Assembly: GCA_041674525.1 (NCBI GenBank)
Contig: JBAYVN010000002.1
Span: 9,841-73,840 of the forward strand
Source of the DNA: Dehalococcoidia bacterium
GTDB lineage: Bacteria; Chloroflexota; Dehalococcoidia; UBA2979
Reading direction: 5' to 3'
Length of the DNA stretch: 64,000 nucleotides
The position numbers and the translations under genes are program-made. Shown here piece by piece: positions 18,920 through 28,794 of this stretch. Under the pieces are notes generated by a model. That model was not told the origin of the DNA. It searched no databases and worked only from the letters and a program-made list of their open reading frames with translations. The first letter of the stretch is position 1. Every line of letters starts with the position of its first letter.

Positions 18920-20662
18920 GTGAACGAGTCTGGATACTGGCAGAAGGTGGCAGCCGGAGGGCTGAACCGCCGCGCATTCCTGCGCTCAGCAGCGGTGACT
19001 GGCGTGGGCGCAGCCGCGTTCCTCGCGGGGTGCGGAACGAGCGCTCCGGAGAAGCCCGCCGCGGGCGGCACCGGCGGCGCCGGGGGCACCGCAACTCCCG
19101 CGGCATCCGCGGGCGTCTTCGCGAACCCGAAGGGGAAGAAGGGCGGGACGATCACCGATGTGGGGCTGGACCCCACGACCGGGTGGGACCCGCACGGCAA
19201 CATCGGCTACCTCACGGGCACGATCACCGAGCCCCTGGGAATCAAGCTGATCCGGCACGACTACACGGGCATCAAGACCAAGTGGACCGTCGGCGCGGAG
19301 GAACTCATCATCGGCGAGCTCGCCGAGAAGTGGGAGACGCCTGACGCCCTGACCTACAACATGACGATCCGCAAGGGGCTCAACTGGCCGAACCAGGAGC
19401 CGATGAACGGCCGCCCGATCACGGCCAAGGACGTCGTCTACAACTTCAAGCACTACGCGCTGCCCACCAGCCAGGTGCAGACGTGGGTCTCCAACAACAT
19501 CAAGTCGTGCACGGCGATCGACGACAACACGGTGCAGTTCAAGCTGAACTACCCGCACTGGCGCTGGGCCGGCGACCTGGACTCCTACAACACGATGATC
19601 CAGCCCGAGGGCCTGTACGAGTGGGCCAAGGGCGACGTGAAGGAGGCCACCAAGGCACGCGGCGGCGGCCCATGGATCCTCGACTCGTACCAGGCTGGCT
19701 CCGTGGCGCGCTTCATCCCGAACGAGTCCTACCGCAAGTTCTTCGGTGTCCCGTACGCCGACAAGCTGAACGTGGCGATCCTCGCGACGGGCTCTCCGCG
19801 CCTGCAGGCGTGGGCCGGGAAGAACGTCCAGTTCTTCACGCCGCTGCCGGGACAGATGGACACCGCGAAGAAGGCTCGCCCGGAGTCGCAGTGGACCACG
19901 AACTACGCGGCCACGAACACGAACGCGCTCTTCATGAAGACGGCGCAGAAGCCGTTCGATGACGTCCGCGTCCGCCGCGCGCTGTCCATGTCCGTCGACC
20001 GCGACGGCTGGGGCAAGACCCTGCAGAACGAGTTCAAGTGGGAGAGCGGTCCGATCACGTGGGGCTACCCGACGTGGAAGCTCGACCACACGAAGATGCC
20101 GGCCGAGACGCAGAAATGGCTGAAGGTCGACATCGCCGAGGCGAAGAAGCTCATCGACGCCGCGGGCGTGACGACGGCGAAGACGTTCACGATCCACATG
20201 TACCCGTACAGCCCGGACTACACGCCGGAGGCGCAGTTCCTGATCGACTCGCTGAAGAAGATCGGCGTGAACTCCGCGCTGAAGGTGTACGAGTACAACA
20301 ACTGGCTCGCCACCGCGTACACCGGCAAGTACGAGGACCTGCTCTACGGCCCGGACAACCTGGACCGCGTGACGCAGCAGCTCTCCGACCGCTTCACCGC
20401 GACCTCGGAGCGCAACCACTCGGGCGTCCAGGACGCGGAGATGCAGAAGATGCTCGCCGACTTCGGTGCGGCGAAGACTCCGGCGGACGCCAAGGCGGTC
20501 TCGGACAAGATCCAGACGCGCTCGGTGGATCAGGCCTTCGCCGTCTACCGGCCGCAGCCGGTGAGCCCGCTGACGTGGGACCCGTCGATCCAGAACTACG
20601 ATGGACAGGCCCCCATCCTGTACCACACGTTCTACCGCGACGCGTTCTCGTGGCTCGGATAG
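18920..20662 (+). CDS. ABC-type solute-binding protein, family 5 (peptide/nickel/opine-type), Tat-signal lipoprotein
   Basis: Twin-arginine motif (RRAFLRSAAVTGVGAAAFLAGC) with lipobox Cys, then an SBP_bac_5 fold pattern. GTG start chosen by alignment with paralog 22547 (shared GGAG..GTCCGAG RBS context). No permease or ATPase genes nearby. Confidence 0.8.
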   Translation: MNESGYWQKVAAGGLNRRAFLRSAAVTGVGAAAFLAGCGTSAPEKPAAGGTGGAGGTATPAASAGVFANPKGKKGGTITDVGLDPTTGWDPHGNIGYLTGTITEPLGIKLIRHDYTGIKTKWTVGAEELIIGELAEKWETPDALTYNMTIRKGLNWPNQEPMNGRPITAKDVVYNFKHYALPTSQVQTWVSNNIKSCTAIDDNTVQFKLNYPHWRWAGDLDSYNTMIQPEGLYEWAKGDVKEATKARGGGPWILDSYQAGSVARFIPNESYRKFFGVPYADKLNVAILATGSPRLQAWAGKNVQFFTPLPGQMDTAKKARPESQWTTNYAATNTNALFMKTAQKPFDDVRVRRALSMSVDRDGWGKTLQNEFKWESGPITWGYPTWKLDHTKMPAETQKWLKVDIAEAKKLIDAAGVTTAKTFTIHMYPYSPDYTPEAQFLIDSLKKIGVNSALKVYEYNNWLATAYTGKYEDLLYGPDNLDRVTQQLSDRFTATSERNHSGVQDAEMQKMLADFGAAKTPADAKAVSDKIQTRSVDQAFAVYRPQPVSPLTWDPSIQNYDGQAPILYHTFYRDAFSWLG

Positions 20663-20710
20663 CGGCTCGGTAGCCACCGCGGCGCACGGGCCGCTCGCAG
20701 GCCGATGACA

Positions 20711-20741
20711 GAAGGCCCCGGAACCTGGTTCCGGGGCCTTC
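20711..20741. terminator. Bidirectional hairpin (gaaggccccggaacc-t-ggttccggggccttc)
   Basis: Perfect 15-bp stem between the convergent SBP (+) and CapA-like (-) genes. Confidence 0.65.
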
Positions 20742-20838
20742 TTGCTGTCCCTGCTCCTGCGCCGCCGTCCGGCTGCCTCGACGCCCGGCCGCTGCCTGTC
20801 GCGCTGGACGGCCAGCGCCCGAGGTCCTCGCTCCCGGG

Positions 20839-22188
20839 CTAGAGGCGAATCCGTCCGATGTCGCCCTCGATCGTGATCTCGGTGCCGAAGGGCTCCGACA
20901 CCTTCTGCAACCACCGCAGGATCTCCTGCGCGACCGGCCCGCGCGCCAGCAATGGGCGCCCGCGCTGGGGAATCGGCCGACCGAAGCCGAGGTCGATCGG
21001 ATGCAGTGTGACCTCGGTCAACCGCTTTGCCTTGAAGTGACAGACGCCCACCACGCTCTGCCAGAAGACCGGGTCCGCGGGGAAGCCTCGACCGTCCGAG
21101 TCAGAGCGCGCCTCGAAGAAGTCGCCCGGCGTGTGCGAGTGATCCAGGCCGAAGCGGCGGTAGCCTTCGTCCGGCACCCAGTCGACCGTCTCGTTCTCGA
21201 AGACGAAGTTGCCCAGGCTGTAGAAGATCGGCGCGCCGTTGTAGATCTCGATGCCGCGCAGCAGGTGGGGCCCGTGGTTCGCCACCACGTGGCACCCCTG
21301 GTCCACGGCCCAGCGGGAGAACTCCACCAGGTAGTCCGGCGGCGCGGTGCGCGGGCCGCCGTGGCGTTCCCCGGTGGTGCCGCTGTCGTGGCAGTGGACG
21401 CTGTAGACCAGCCAGTCCGCCTGCTTGCGGGCGCCGCGGATCCAGTTGCCAATCCCGGCCAGGTCGTCCCGGTTCACGCTGGTGCTGATCTTGAACCCGT
21501 CGCCCAGGTGGAACTCGTTCTCCATGAACTTCGCGGCCACGCTCTTATCCACCGGCGCGACGCGCCCGGAGAAGCCGAACTGCTCCGAGGCCTCGGCGGC
21601 CTCGTCGTAGCCCAGCTCGCGGTTCGCCCGGTGCAGCGCGTCGAGGATGTCGCGGGGAACAGTGTGCTGCTTCTGGTGCCGCAGCGCGTTGATGCCGGGA
21701 CGGCCGGGGAAGTCCGGGCGTCCGCGACCCGCCCGCGAGATCTCGGAGAAGCTGCTGGACGCGGACATCAGCGCCACGCGCCCCTTCGGCGAGTCGACGT
21801 ACCCGGGGGCGCGCGCGTGATCGATGTCACGCCCACCGCCCGCGTACGGGATGTCCATGTCCTCCAGGTGCTTGAGCGTGGTGAGGTAGCCGCCCTCCGA
21901 GAAGTCGAAGGAGTGGTTGTTCGCAGTGCCGACCGCGTCGATCCCCATCCACTTCAACTCGGCGAGGTTCTTGGGATCGGATCGCGTGTAGGTGGCGCCG
22001 GACCAGTTCCATGACGTCTCGAAATCGTGGAAGAGCATCTCGAGGTTGGCGATGCTCACGTCTGCGCCGCGCAGGAGTTCCACCAGCCCCAGGTAATCGG
22101 GCTCGCGGAAGCTGCGCATCCGTCGCGTGACCATCGCGTCGCCGACCACGGCCATCGAGATGTCTCCGCTTTCGGACTCATACAACAT
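20839..22188 (-). CDS. CapA/PGA_cap family metallophosphatase-like protein
   Basis: About 450 aa from MLYESESGD with calcineurin-like metal-ligand patterns (GNHSFD.., ..VHCH.., GNFVFE). The N-terminal 51 codons of the ORF are probably not translated. Confidence 0.7.
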   Translation of the reverse strand: MLYESESGDISMAVVGDAMVTRRMRSFREPDYLGLVELLRGADVSIANLEMLFHDFETSWNWSGATYTRSDPKNLAELKWMGIDAVGTANNHSFDFSEGGYLTTLKHLEDMDIPYAGGGRDIDHARAPGYVDSPKGRVALMSASSSFSEISRAGRGRPDFPGRPGINALRHQKQHTVPRDILDALHRANRELGYDEAAEASEQFGFSGRVAPVDKSVAAKFMENEFHLGDGFKISTSVNRDDLAGIGNWIRGARKQADWLVYSVHCHDSGTTGERHGGPRTAPPDYLVEFSRWAVDQGCHVVANHGPHLLRGIEIYNGAPIFYSLGNFVFENETVDWVPDEGYRRFGLDHSHTPGDFFEARSDSDGRGFPADPVFWQSVVGVCHFKAKRLTEVTLHPIDLGFGRPIPQRGRPLLARGPVAQEILRWLQKVSEPFGTEITIEGDIGRIRL

Positions 22189-22450
22189 GGGCCATTCCTG
22201 ATCCTGCGGCCGGCGCCGCCGTGCTGAACGCGTGCTTCGGACTGCCTGCAACGTGTGTGATGCGAGGCCTGCTCCGAGCAGTACGCCAGGCCGTACGCGG
22301 ACACAAGGTGCGTCCCCTCCAAACGACCAGTGCGATCCCATCTATCCGCGGGACGAGGGTTGCGCGATGTGCCTACGCTCCGGGACGAAAGTCCCCCAAC
22401 AACCGGGACATCGTGGCTGTAATGACCCCCCTGCCGGCGCTATAACCCGC

Positions 22451-22510
22451 ACGTGATGCCGCACGTTCACACGTGATGAGCACACGAAGCGCGATAAGCA
22501 CGCCAGCCTG
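22451..22510. repeat. Second array of ACGTGAT-core ~12-bp units
   Basis: Contains acgtgatgccgc, acgttcacac, gtgatgagcac and gataagcac. About 40-95 bp upstream of SBP gene 22547. Confidence 0.65.
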
Positions 22511-22546
22511 GCGTGCCAGGGGATCCGCCTGGAGGGAAGTCCGAGT

Positions 22547-24292
22547 ATGAGCGATTCGAGTTACTGGCAGCGCAAAATCGCCGGGCCGGGGCTGGGCCGG
22601 CGGACGTTCCTGCGCTCGGCCGCGGTCACGGGGGTGGGCGCCGCGGCCTTCCTCGCAGGGTGCAAGTCGAACGCACCGAGCACGCCCGCCGCTGGCGGCG
22701 GCGCCGCTGGTGGCGCCGCCTCGGCGTCATCCGGCCCATCACTGGGCGTGTTCCAGGTCCCGGAAGGCAAGCGAGGCGGCACGCTCGTCGATGTCGGCAT
22801 CGACCCGACCACGGGCTGGGACTCGCACACCACGTCCGCGCAGCAGACCACCCAGAACCTCGAGCCACTGCACATCAAGCTGATCCGGCACGACTACCGC
22901 AAGAACTTCAAGGCCGGCGATGACACCCTCATCGGGGAGCTCGCCGAGAAGTGGGAGTCTCCTGACCCGCTGACCTACAACTTCACGCTCCGCAAGGGCA
23001 TCAACTGGCCCGACCAGGAGCCCATGAAGGGCCGCCCGATCACGGCGCAGGACGTGAAGTACGCCTTCGACGCCTGCATGTCTCCCACCGCGCAGGTGCA
23101 GGAGTATGTGTTCGGCAACATCGCCTCCACGACGGCCGTGGACGACGGGCAGTTCCAGATCAAGCTGAAGCAGCCCAACCTGTTCTTCCCCAGCGACATC
23201 GACTCGTTGAACACGATGATCGTGCCAAAGGGCATCTACGAGTGGGCCGGCGGGACGATGAAGGACCCGGCAAAGGTGCGCGGCGGTGGCCCATGGCTGC
23301 TGGAGGAGTATCGCGCCGGGTCGCTCGTGAAGATGAAGCCGAACGAGGCCTACCGGAAGGTCTTCGGCGTCCCCTACGCCGACAACTTCAACGTCGCGAT
23401 TGTCGCGACCGGCGCGCCACGATTGACCGCGTTCGTGGCGAAGAACGTGATGTTCTTCGCCCCGGCGGCCGGCCAGCTGGAAACGGCGAAGAAGAGCCGA
23501 CCGGACGCGAAGGTCATTGAGGACGCGTACCCGTCGTCGGGCGGCACGTCCATCTCGATCAAGCAGATCGACAACAAGCCGTTCGACGACGTGCGCATCC
23601 GGCGCGCGATGTCCATGGCGATCGACCGTGACGGCTGGGGCAAGACCTTCCAGGTCCCGTACAAGATGGAGTCCGGCCCCATCTCGTGGGGCTACCCCAC
23701 GTGGAAGCTCGACCCGGCGAAGCTGCCGGCCGAGACGGCCAAGCTCGTCAAGTACGACGTGGCCGAGGCGAAGAAGCTGCTGGACGCCTCTGGCTTCAAG
23801 CAGCCCGGCGAGATCCTCATGCACTACTACCCGTACAGCCCGGACTACGCGGGTTGGTCCCAGTTCCTGCTGGACTCGTTCTCGAAGATCGGCATGAAGG
23901 TCACGCCGAAGGTGTACGAGTACAACAACTGGCTCGGCACCGCGTTCATCGGCAAGTACACCGGCCTGATGTTCGGCCCGGATGCCAGCATCGACCGGCC
24001 GTCGCCGATGCTGTGCGACCGGCTGCGCAAGGGCTCCGCGCGCAACCACTCGTTCATCGAAGACGCCACCACGCAGAAGATGCTCGCCGACTTCTGGGGC
24101 GCCAAGAGCATCGCCGACGCCAAGCCGATCGCCGAGGCGGTCCAGGCGCGATCGATCAGCGAGGTGTTCTCGATCTACAGCCCCATGGGCGTCGCTCCGA
24201 AGCTCTGGGACCCGGCCGTCCAGAACTACAACGGCCAGCAGGCGTTCAACCACCAGTTCGAATACAAGAACGCCTTCTACTGGCTGGCATAG
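22547..24292 (+). CDS. ABC-type solute-binding protein, family 5, Tat-signal lipoprotein (paralog of 18920..20662)
   Basis: MSDSSYWQRKIAGPGLGRRTFLRSAAVTGVGAAAFLAGC start, then the same domain pattern. Strong GGAGGGAAG RBS. Confidence 0.85.
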   Translation: MSDSSYWQRKIAGPGLGRRTFLRSAAVTGVGAAAFLAGCKSNAPSTPAAGGGAAGGAASASSGPSLGVFQVPEGKRGGTLVDVGIDPTTGWDSHTTSAQQTTQNLEPLHIKLIRHDYRKNFKAGDDTLIGELAEKWESPDPLTYNFTLRKGINWPDQEPMKGRPITAQDVKYAFDACMSPTAQVQEYVFGNIASTTAVDDGQFQIKLKQPNLFFPSDIDSLNTMIVPKGIYEWAGGTMKDPAKVRGGGPWLLEEYRAGSLVKMKPNEAYRKVFGVPYADNFNVAIVATGAPRLTAFVAKNVMFFAPAAGQLETAKKSRPDAKVIEDAYPSSGGTSISIKQIDNKPFDDVRIRRAMSMAIDRDGWGKTFQVPYKMESGPISWGYPTWKLDPAKLPAETAKLVKYDVAEAKKLLDASGFKQPGEILMHYYPYSPDYAGWSQFLLDSFSKIGMKVTPKVYEYNNWLGTAFIGKYTGLMFGPDASIDRPSPMLCDRLRKGSARNHSFIEDATTQKMLADFWGAKSIADAKPIAEAVQARSISEVFSIYSPMGVAPKLWDPAVQNYNGQQAFNHQFEYKNAFYWLA

Positions 24293-24320
24293 CAAACTAA
24301 GCAAAACAAGTGCATCATCC

Positions 24321-24348
24321 GGGAACTCACCCTTCGGGGTGAGTTCCC
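24321..24348 (+). terminator. Hairpin gggaactcaccc-ttcg-gggtgagttccc downstream of the SBP gene
   Basis: Perfect 12-bp stem with a tetraloop, 29 nt after the stop. Confidence 0.6.
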
Positions 24349-24379
24349 GCTGATTGGCCCTGACAGTGGAGCGTGGTGG

Positions 24380-25618
24380 ATGACGTCCGCGAACAACCCG
24401 ACGGCAACCCAGCCCCCCGGGATCCTCGCCGGGGTCCGGGTGCTGGACCTCACCCGGCACATCGCCGGGCCGTACTGCACGAAGCTGATGGCGGACTACG
24501 GCGCCGACGTCATCAAGATCGAACAGCCGGGCACCGGTGACCCCTCCCGGCACTTCCCGCCGTACTACCACGACCAGCCGGACCAGGAGGGGAGCCTTCA
24601 CTTCCTCTACCTGAACACCAGCAAGCGCAGCGTCACGCTGGACCTGAAGACCGAGCGTGGACGCCAGATCTTCCTCGACCTCGCGCAGCAGGCGGACGTG
24701 GTCGTGGAGAACTTCCGGCCGGGCGTCATGGACTCGCTGGGGATCGGCTGGGAGACACTGCACGCCCTCAAGCCGAGCCTCATCCTCACCTCGATCTCGA
24801 ACTTCGGGCAGACGGGGCCGTATCGCGACCTGAGGGCGACCGAGCTCATCGAATACGCGATGAGCGGGGTCATGACGATCAGCGGCCGCGAGGACCGCTC
24901 GCCGCTGAAGCACGGCCTCTCGCAGGCCCAGTACGACACCGGGGCCAACGCCGCGTGGGTGACGGCGATGATGCTGTTCTGGCAGGTCCAGGGCCGCGCC
25001 GGGCAGCACGTGGACATCGCCATCCGCGACACGGTCGCCGGCACGCTGGTGCTGAACGAGCCGTACTACGCGTGGATGGGCGGCATCCAGGGCCGGCGCA
25101 CCTCCGCCGGCGACGGCACGGGCAACGGGCTCAGCGACATCATGCCCTGCGCGGACGGCTACGTGATCGTCCAGCACCGCAACACGCAGCCATGGCAGAA
25201 CGTCGTCGATTTCCTGCGGGCGCCCGAGCTGGACGACGACCGCTTCCACACCAACGACGGCCGGATGCTGAACGGCGAGGAGCTCTACGAGATCCTCAAG
25301 AAGGCGCTCTCCACGCGCACCAAGCGCGACCTGCTGGACGATGGTGCGGCGCACCGCGTCCTGCTCGGCATCGTGCAGGACCCCTCGGACCTGGTGAGCT
25401 GCCCGCACCTCAATGCCCGCGGCTACTGGGTGGACGTGGAGCACCCGGCCACCGGCCCGATGAAGTACCCCGGCGCCCCCGTGCGGCTCCCCGGCACCAC
25501 GTGGCGGATCCGGCGCCACGCCCCGCTCCTCGGCGAGGATACCGACGAGGTACTCGAGTCTGAGCTCGGCATCGGCCAGGCGGAGCGCGACGCGCTGCGC
25601 GCGCAGAAGGTGATTTGA
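24380..25618 (+). CDS. Family III CoA-transferase (CaiB/BaiF family)
   Basis: GVRVLDLTRHIAGPYCTKLMADYGADVIKIE N-terminal signature, with the catalytic Asp region. Confidence 0.85.
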   Translation: MTSANNPTATQPPGILAGVRVLDLTRHIAGPYCTKLMADYGADVIKIEQPGTGDPSRHFPPYYHDQPDQEGSLHFLYLNTSKRSVTLDLKTERGRQIFLDLAQQADVVVENFRPGVMDSLGIGWETLHALKPSLILTSISNFGQTGPYRDLRATELIEYAMSGVMTISGREDRSPLKHGLSQAQYDTGANAAWVTAMMLFWQVQGRAGQHVDIAIRDTVAGTLVLNEPYYAWMGGIQGRRTSAGDGTGNGLSDIMPCADGYVIVQHRNTQPWQNVVDFLRAPELDDDRFHTNDGRMLNGEELYEILKKALSTRTKRDLLDDGAAHRVLLGIVQDPSDLVSCPHLNARGYWVDVEHPATGPMKYPGAPVRLPGTTWRIRRHAPLLGEDTDEVLESELGIGQAERDALRAQKVI

Positions 25619-26991
25619 GGCCGCCCGTGACCACAGAGAACAGCCTGCCCCTTGATGGCATCCGCGTCCTGGATCTGAGCTCCGTCTGGGCCATGCCGTA
25701 CGCGGCGGGCGTGCTGACGGACCTCGGCGCCGAGGTGATCAAGATCGAGGCGCTCCAGCGACTGGACTCCAGCCGCGAGATGGGCGTCTGGCCGGACACG
25801 ATGGGCGGATCCGAGCCGTGGAACTCGGTGGGGACGTTCTCCGTCCTCAACCGCGGCAAGCGGTCGATCACCCTCAACCTCTCGGACCCGCGGGGCCGTG
25901 ACATCTTCCGCGAGCTGGTGAAGATCTCCGACATCGTGATCGAGAACTACACCGCGCGGGTGATGCGGAACTGGGACCTGGACTTCGAGCACCTGAACGA
26001 GCTCCGGCCGGGGATCATCATGGTGTCGAACACCGGCTACGGACACGCCGGGCCGTGGGAGAGCTACCCCGTCCAGGGCACCGCGCTCGAGGCGACCGTG
26101 GGCATCCCGAACTTCTCCGGGTATGCCGGCGGCCGCCCGTGGACCATCGGCCAGTCCTACCCGGACTTCGTCGCCATGTGGCACGGCCTGTTCTGCGTGA
26201 TGTCCGCGCTTCGCCGCCGGGCGCTGACCGGCGAGGGCCAGTGGATCGACCTCGGCATGTACTCCGCGAACGTCGCGATGCAGGGCGAAGCGATGCTCGA
26301 CTTCATCGCCAACGGCCGCAAGGGCGAGCGCATCGGCAACCGGGACCACATCCAGAACGTGCAGGGCGCATACCAGACGCAGGGCGACGACGCGTGGATG
26401 ACTCTGGCCGCGCAGACGGACGCGGAGTGGGCCGCGCTCTGCGGTGTCCTCGGCCCCACCGCGTGGGGAAGCAGCACCCCGCCGGCGACGCTGGCCGAGG
26501 CGCGCGTGCGCCACGACGAGGTGGACGGGGTGATCGGGGCATGGGCGGCGACGCAGACGCGGGAAGGCGCGGTGGACGCCATCCGCGCCGCCGGCATAGC
26601 CGCGGGCCCCTGCAACGACGCCCGCGACCTGTTCTTGGATCCGCAGCTCAAGCTGCGCGGATTGTACGAGTGGGTGGATCACGCGCCGGGCACGGGCGTC
26701 GGGCGACGGCCGATCATCGGTCGCGCGTTCCGGCTGAGCGACACGGAGCTCAAGGTGCGCGGCGGTGCCCCGCCGCTGGGCGAGGCGAACGAGTACGTGT
26801 TCAAGGAGCTGCTCGGCCACTCGGCCGTGGAGTTCGAGGAACTGGTGGAGCGGGAGATCACGGGCAAGCGTGAGCCGCTGGTGGAGGAGATGAGCGGCCT
26901 GCCGATCGACGCCCTGCTGGGCGTCCGCCGCATCCGGGTCTACGACCCGGAATACAAAGAGCGTCTGGGCATCGTTCTCGAGCCGGACTAG
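25615..26991 (+). CDS. Family III CoA-transferase (CaiB/BaiF family), second copy
   Basis: GIRVLDLSSVWAMPYAAGVLTDLGAEVIKIE signature. Overlaps the previous stop by 4 nt. Start is TTG at 25615 or GTG at 25627. Confidence 0.8.
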   Translation: MRPPVTTENSLPLDGIRVLDLSSVWAMPYAAGVLTDLGAEVIKIEALQRLDSSREMGVWPDTMGGSEPWNSVGTFSVLNRGKRSITLNLSDPRGRDIFRELVKISDIVIENYTARVMRNWDLDFEHLNELRPGIIMVSNTGYGHAGPWESYPVQGTALEATVGIPNFSGYAGGRPWTIGQSYPDFVAMWHGLFCVMSALRRRALTGEGQWIDLGMYSANVAMQGEAMLDFIANGRKGERIGNRDHIQNVQGAYQTQGDDAWMTLAAQTDAEWAALCGVLGPTAWGSSTPPATLAEARVRHDEVDGVIGAWAATQTREGAVDAIRAAGIAAGPCNDARDLFLDPQLKLRGLYEWVDHAPGTGVGRRPIIGRAFRLSDTELKVRGGAPPLGEANEYVFKELLGHSAVEFEELVEREITGKREPLVEEMSGLPIDALLGVRRIRVYDPEYKERLGIVLEPD

Positions 26992-27004
26992 CGAGGAGCA
27001 TGGA

Positions 27005-27925
27005 ATGAAGCTGCTGTTTTTCGACGACTTCAAGTTCGGCGCGTTGAAGGGCAACGACACCGTCGTCGACCTCTCGGCGCAGGTCGCGGGGATCCCCCAC
27101 GCACAGCCGCAGGACATCATCCGCGGCGTGATCGAGAAGTGGGACGAGTACAGGCCGAAGCTCGAGGCTGCAGTGGCCAGCGGCAGCGGCGTGCCGCTGT
27201 CCAGCGTCCGCATCCGCCCGCCGCTGCCGAAGCCCACGAACATCGCCTGCATGGCGGTGAACTACATGGAGAACGGCACCCGGTCCGAGCCCGCGCCGAT
27301 CAACGCCTTCGGCAAGTCGCCGCTCGGCATCATCGGCGACGGCGACACGATGGTCCTGCCGGACGTCCCCGCGACGATCTTCGAGGGCGAGGCCGAGTTC
27401 GCGATCGTCATCAGCAAGTACGCCTCGAACGTCCCCGCGGCGCAGTGGGAGGACTACGTCTTCGGGTACATCAACTTCATCGATGGCTCTGCCCGCGGCA
27501 TCGGCGACTGGTTCAAGATGAAGTCGCGCGACACGTTCGCGCCGATCGGCCCCTTCCTCACCACCAAGGACGAGATCAAGGACCCGCAGAACCTGGCGAT
27601 CAAGCTCCACGTCAACGGCGTCCTGAAGCAGGACTTCAACAGCAACGACATGGCCCACAAGCTCCCGCGCTGCGTGGAGTTCGTGACCTCCGTTCACCCC
27701 ATGGAGGCGGGCGACATCATTCCCACGGGCACCAACCACCGTGGCCTGAACGCCTTCCAGGACGGCGACCTGGTCACCCTGGAGACTGAGTGCCTGGGCA
27801 AGCTCACGATCCACGTGAAGGATGACCTGAAGCGCACCTGGGGTCGCGAGACGCGCCTCGAGCTGCAGGAGAAGGGCATCGAGGGCACCACGCCGCAGCT
27901 CACCGGCAAGTACGCCAAGGCGTAG
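27005..27925 (+). CDS. Fumarylacetoacetate hydrolase (FAH) family protein, paralog of 6278..7210
   Basis: Same architecture and motifs (..EFAIVISK.., DYVFGY.. , GDIIPTGT). 13 nt after the CoA-transferase gene. Confidence 0.8.
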   Translation: MKLLFFDDFKFGALKGNDTVVDLSAQVAGIPHAQPQDIIRGVIEKWDEYRPKLEAAVASGSGVPLSSVRIRPPLPKPTNIACMAVNYMENGTRSEPAPINAFGKSPLGIIGDGDTMVLPDVPATIFEGEAEFAIVISKYASNVPAAQWEDYVFGYINFIDGSARGIGDWFKMKSRDTFAPIGPFLTTKDEIKDPQNLAIKLHVNGVLKQDFNSNDMAHKLPRCVEFVTSVHPMEAGDIIPTGTNHRGLNAFQDGDLVTLETECLGKLTIHVKDDLKRTWGRETRLELQEKGIEGTTPQLTGKYAKA

Positions 27926-27945
27926 CCCTCGCCGGGTCGTAGCAG

Positions 27946-27976
27946 GAGGGGCGGTAGCGGCTCGCTACCGCCCCTC
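27946..27976. terminator. Hairpin gaggggcggtagcg-gct-cgctaccgcccctc followed by TTTC
   Basis: Lies between the convergent FAH (+) and nitroreductase (-) genes. Confidence 0.6.
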
Positions 27977-28008
27977 TTTCGTTCGGGGGCGCCGTCCCTG
28001 CCCCGCCG

Positions 28009-28611
28009 CTACCGCCAGTCCCACGTCACGATCGGCGCGCTCCGCGCGCCCGTCTTCCGCTCGACGCCCTCGCGGAGATAGCCCACGTTGACCATCGCGA
28101 CCACGCGATCGCCGGGCCGCAGACCGAGGTAGGCCCGCGTACCGTCGTACGCGATCATGCGGTCGGTGCTGAAGTGCGCGATGAGGCCCTCCTCGTGCGC
28201 AGCGAGGAGCAGATTCTGGATCGCGGCGGCGCACGCCGCGTAGTCCTCCAGCTCACGGGTCGCGTCGCCGTCCGCGCCGACACCGCCGCCTGCGCTGCCC
28301 GCTCCACCCGGGGCGCTGGCGCTCGCGGCCTGGCTCACGATGATGGTGAGCGGCGCACGCATGATTTTCCCGCGCATCGAGCGTTCGGCGCCCTCGGTGC
28401 CGCCGTTCGCGCTCAGCCACGCGGCGACCGCGTCGCACATCGCCTCGCGGCGCGCCCCGGCGACCACGTGGAAGCGCCAGGGCTCCGTCATGCGGTGGTT
28501 CGGCGCCCAGACGGCAGCCTCGATGATGCGCTCGATGACCTCGCGGGGTGGACACGCCTCGGCGAAGGCCTCGATGTCGCGCCGGGTGCGGATCGCCGTG
28601 TACACGTCCAT
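28009..28611 (-). CDS. Nitroreductase family protein
   Basis: 200 aa from MDVYTAIRTRR, with a nitroreductase fold pattern and GGGGGAG RBS. The remaining 459 codons of ORF 28009..29988 are antisense noise over the next gene. Confidence 0.75.
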   Translation of the reverse strand: MDVYTAIRTRRDIEAFAEACPPREVIERIIEAAVWAPNHRMTEPWRFHVVAGARREAMCDAVAAWLSANGGTEGAERSMRGKIMRAPLTIIVSQAASASAPGGAGSAGGGVGADGDATRELEDYAACAAAIQNLLLAAHEEGLIAHFSTDRMIAYDGTRAYLGLRPGDRVVAMVNVGYLREGVERKTGARSAPIVTWDWR

Positions 28612-28794
28612 GAGCTCCCCCCACGCCGCTGGTCCGGCGCCTGCTGGCTCGTCCCCCGTTGCACCGGCGTCGCGTTGCGCCATCGGGCCGGAGCGCATCG
28701 TAGCGGAGGTTCGGGGCGCGGGTAACGCGGATCGCCCGGCGCCCCCTACAATCGCCCCCGCATCTGGGCCCGGGGGCGCGAGGGGTGGACGGCG

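Noticed and set aside
22739-25519. 926-aa minus-strand ORF
   Set aside because: Antisense to the SBP and CoA-transferase genes. It has Arg/Ala/Gly-rich composition and no motifs, the typical GC-rich shadow ORF.
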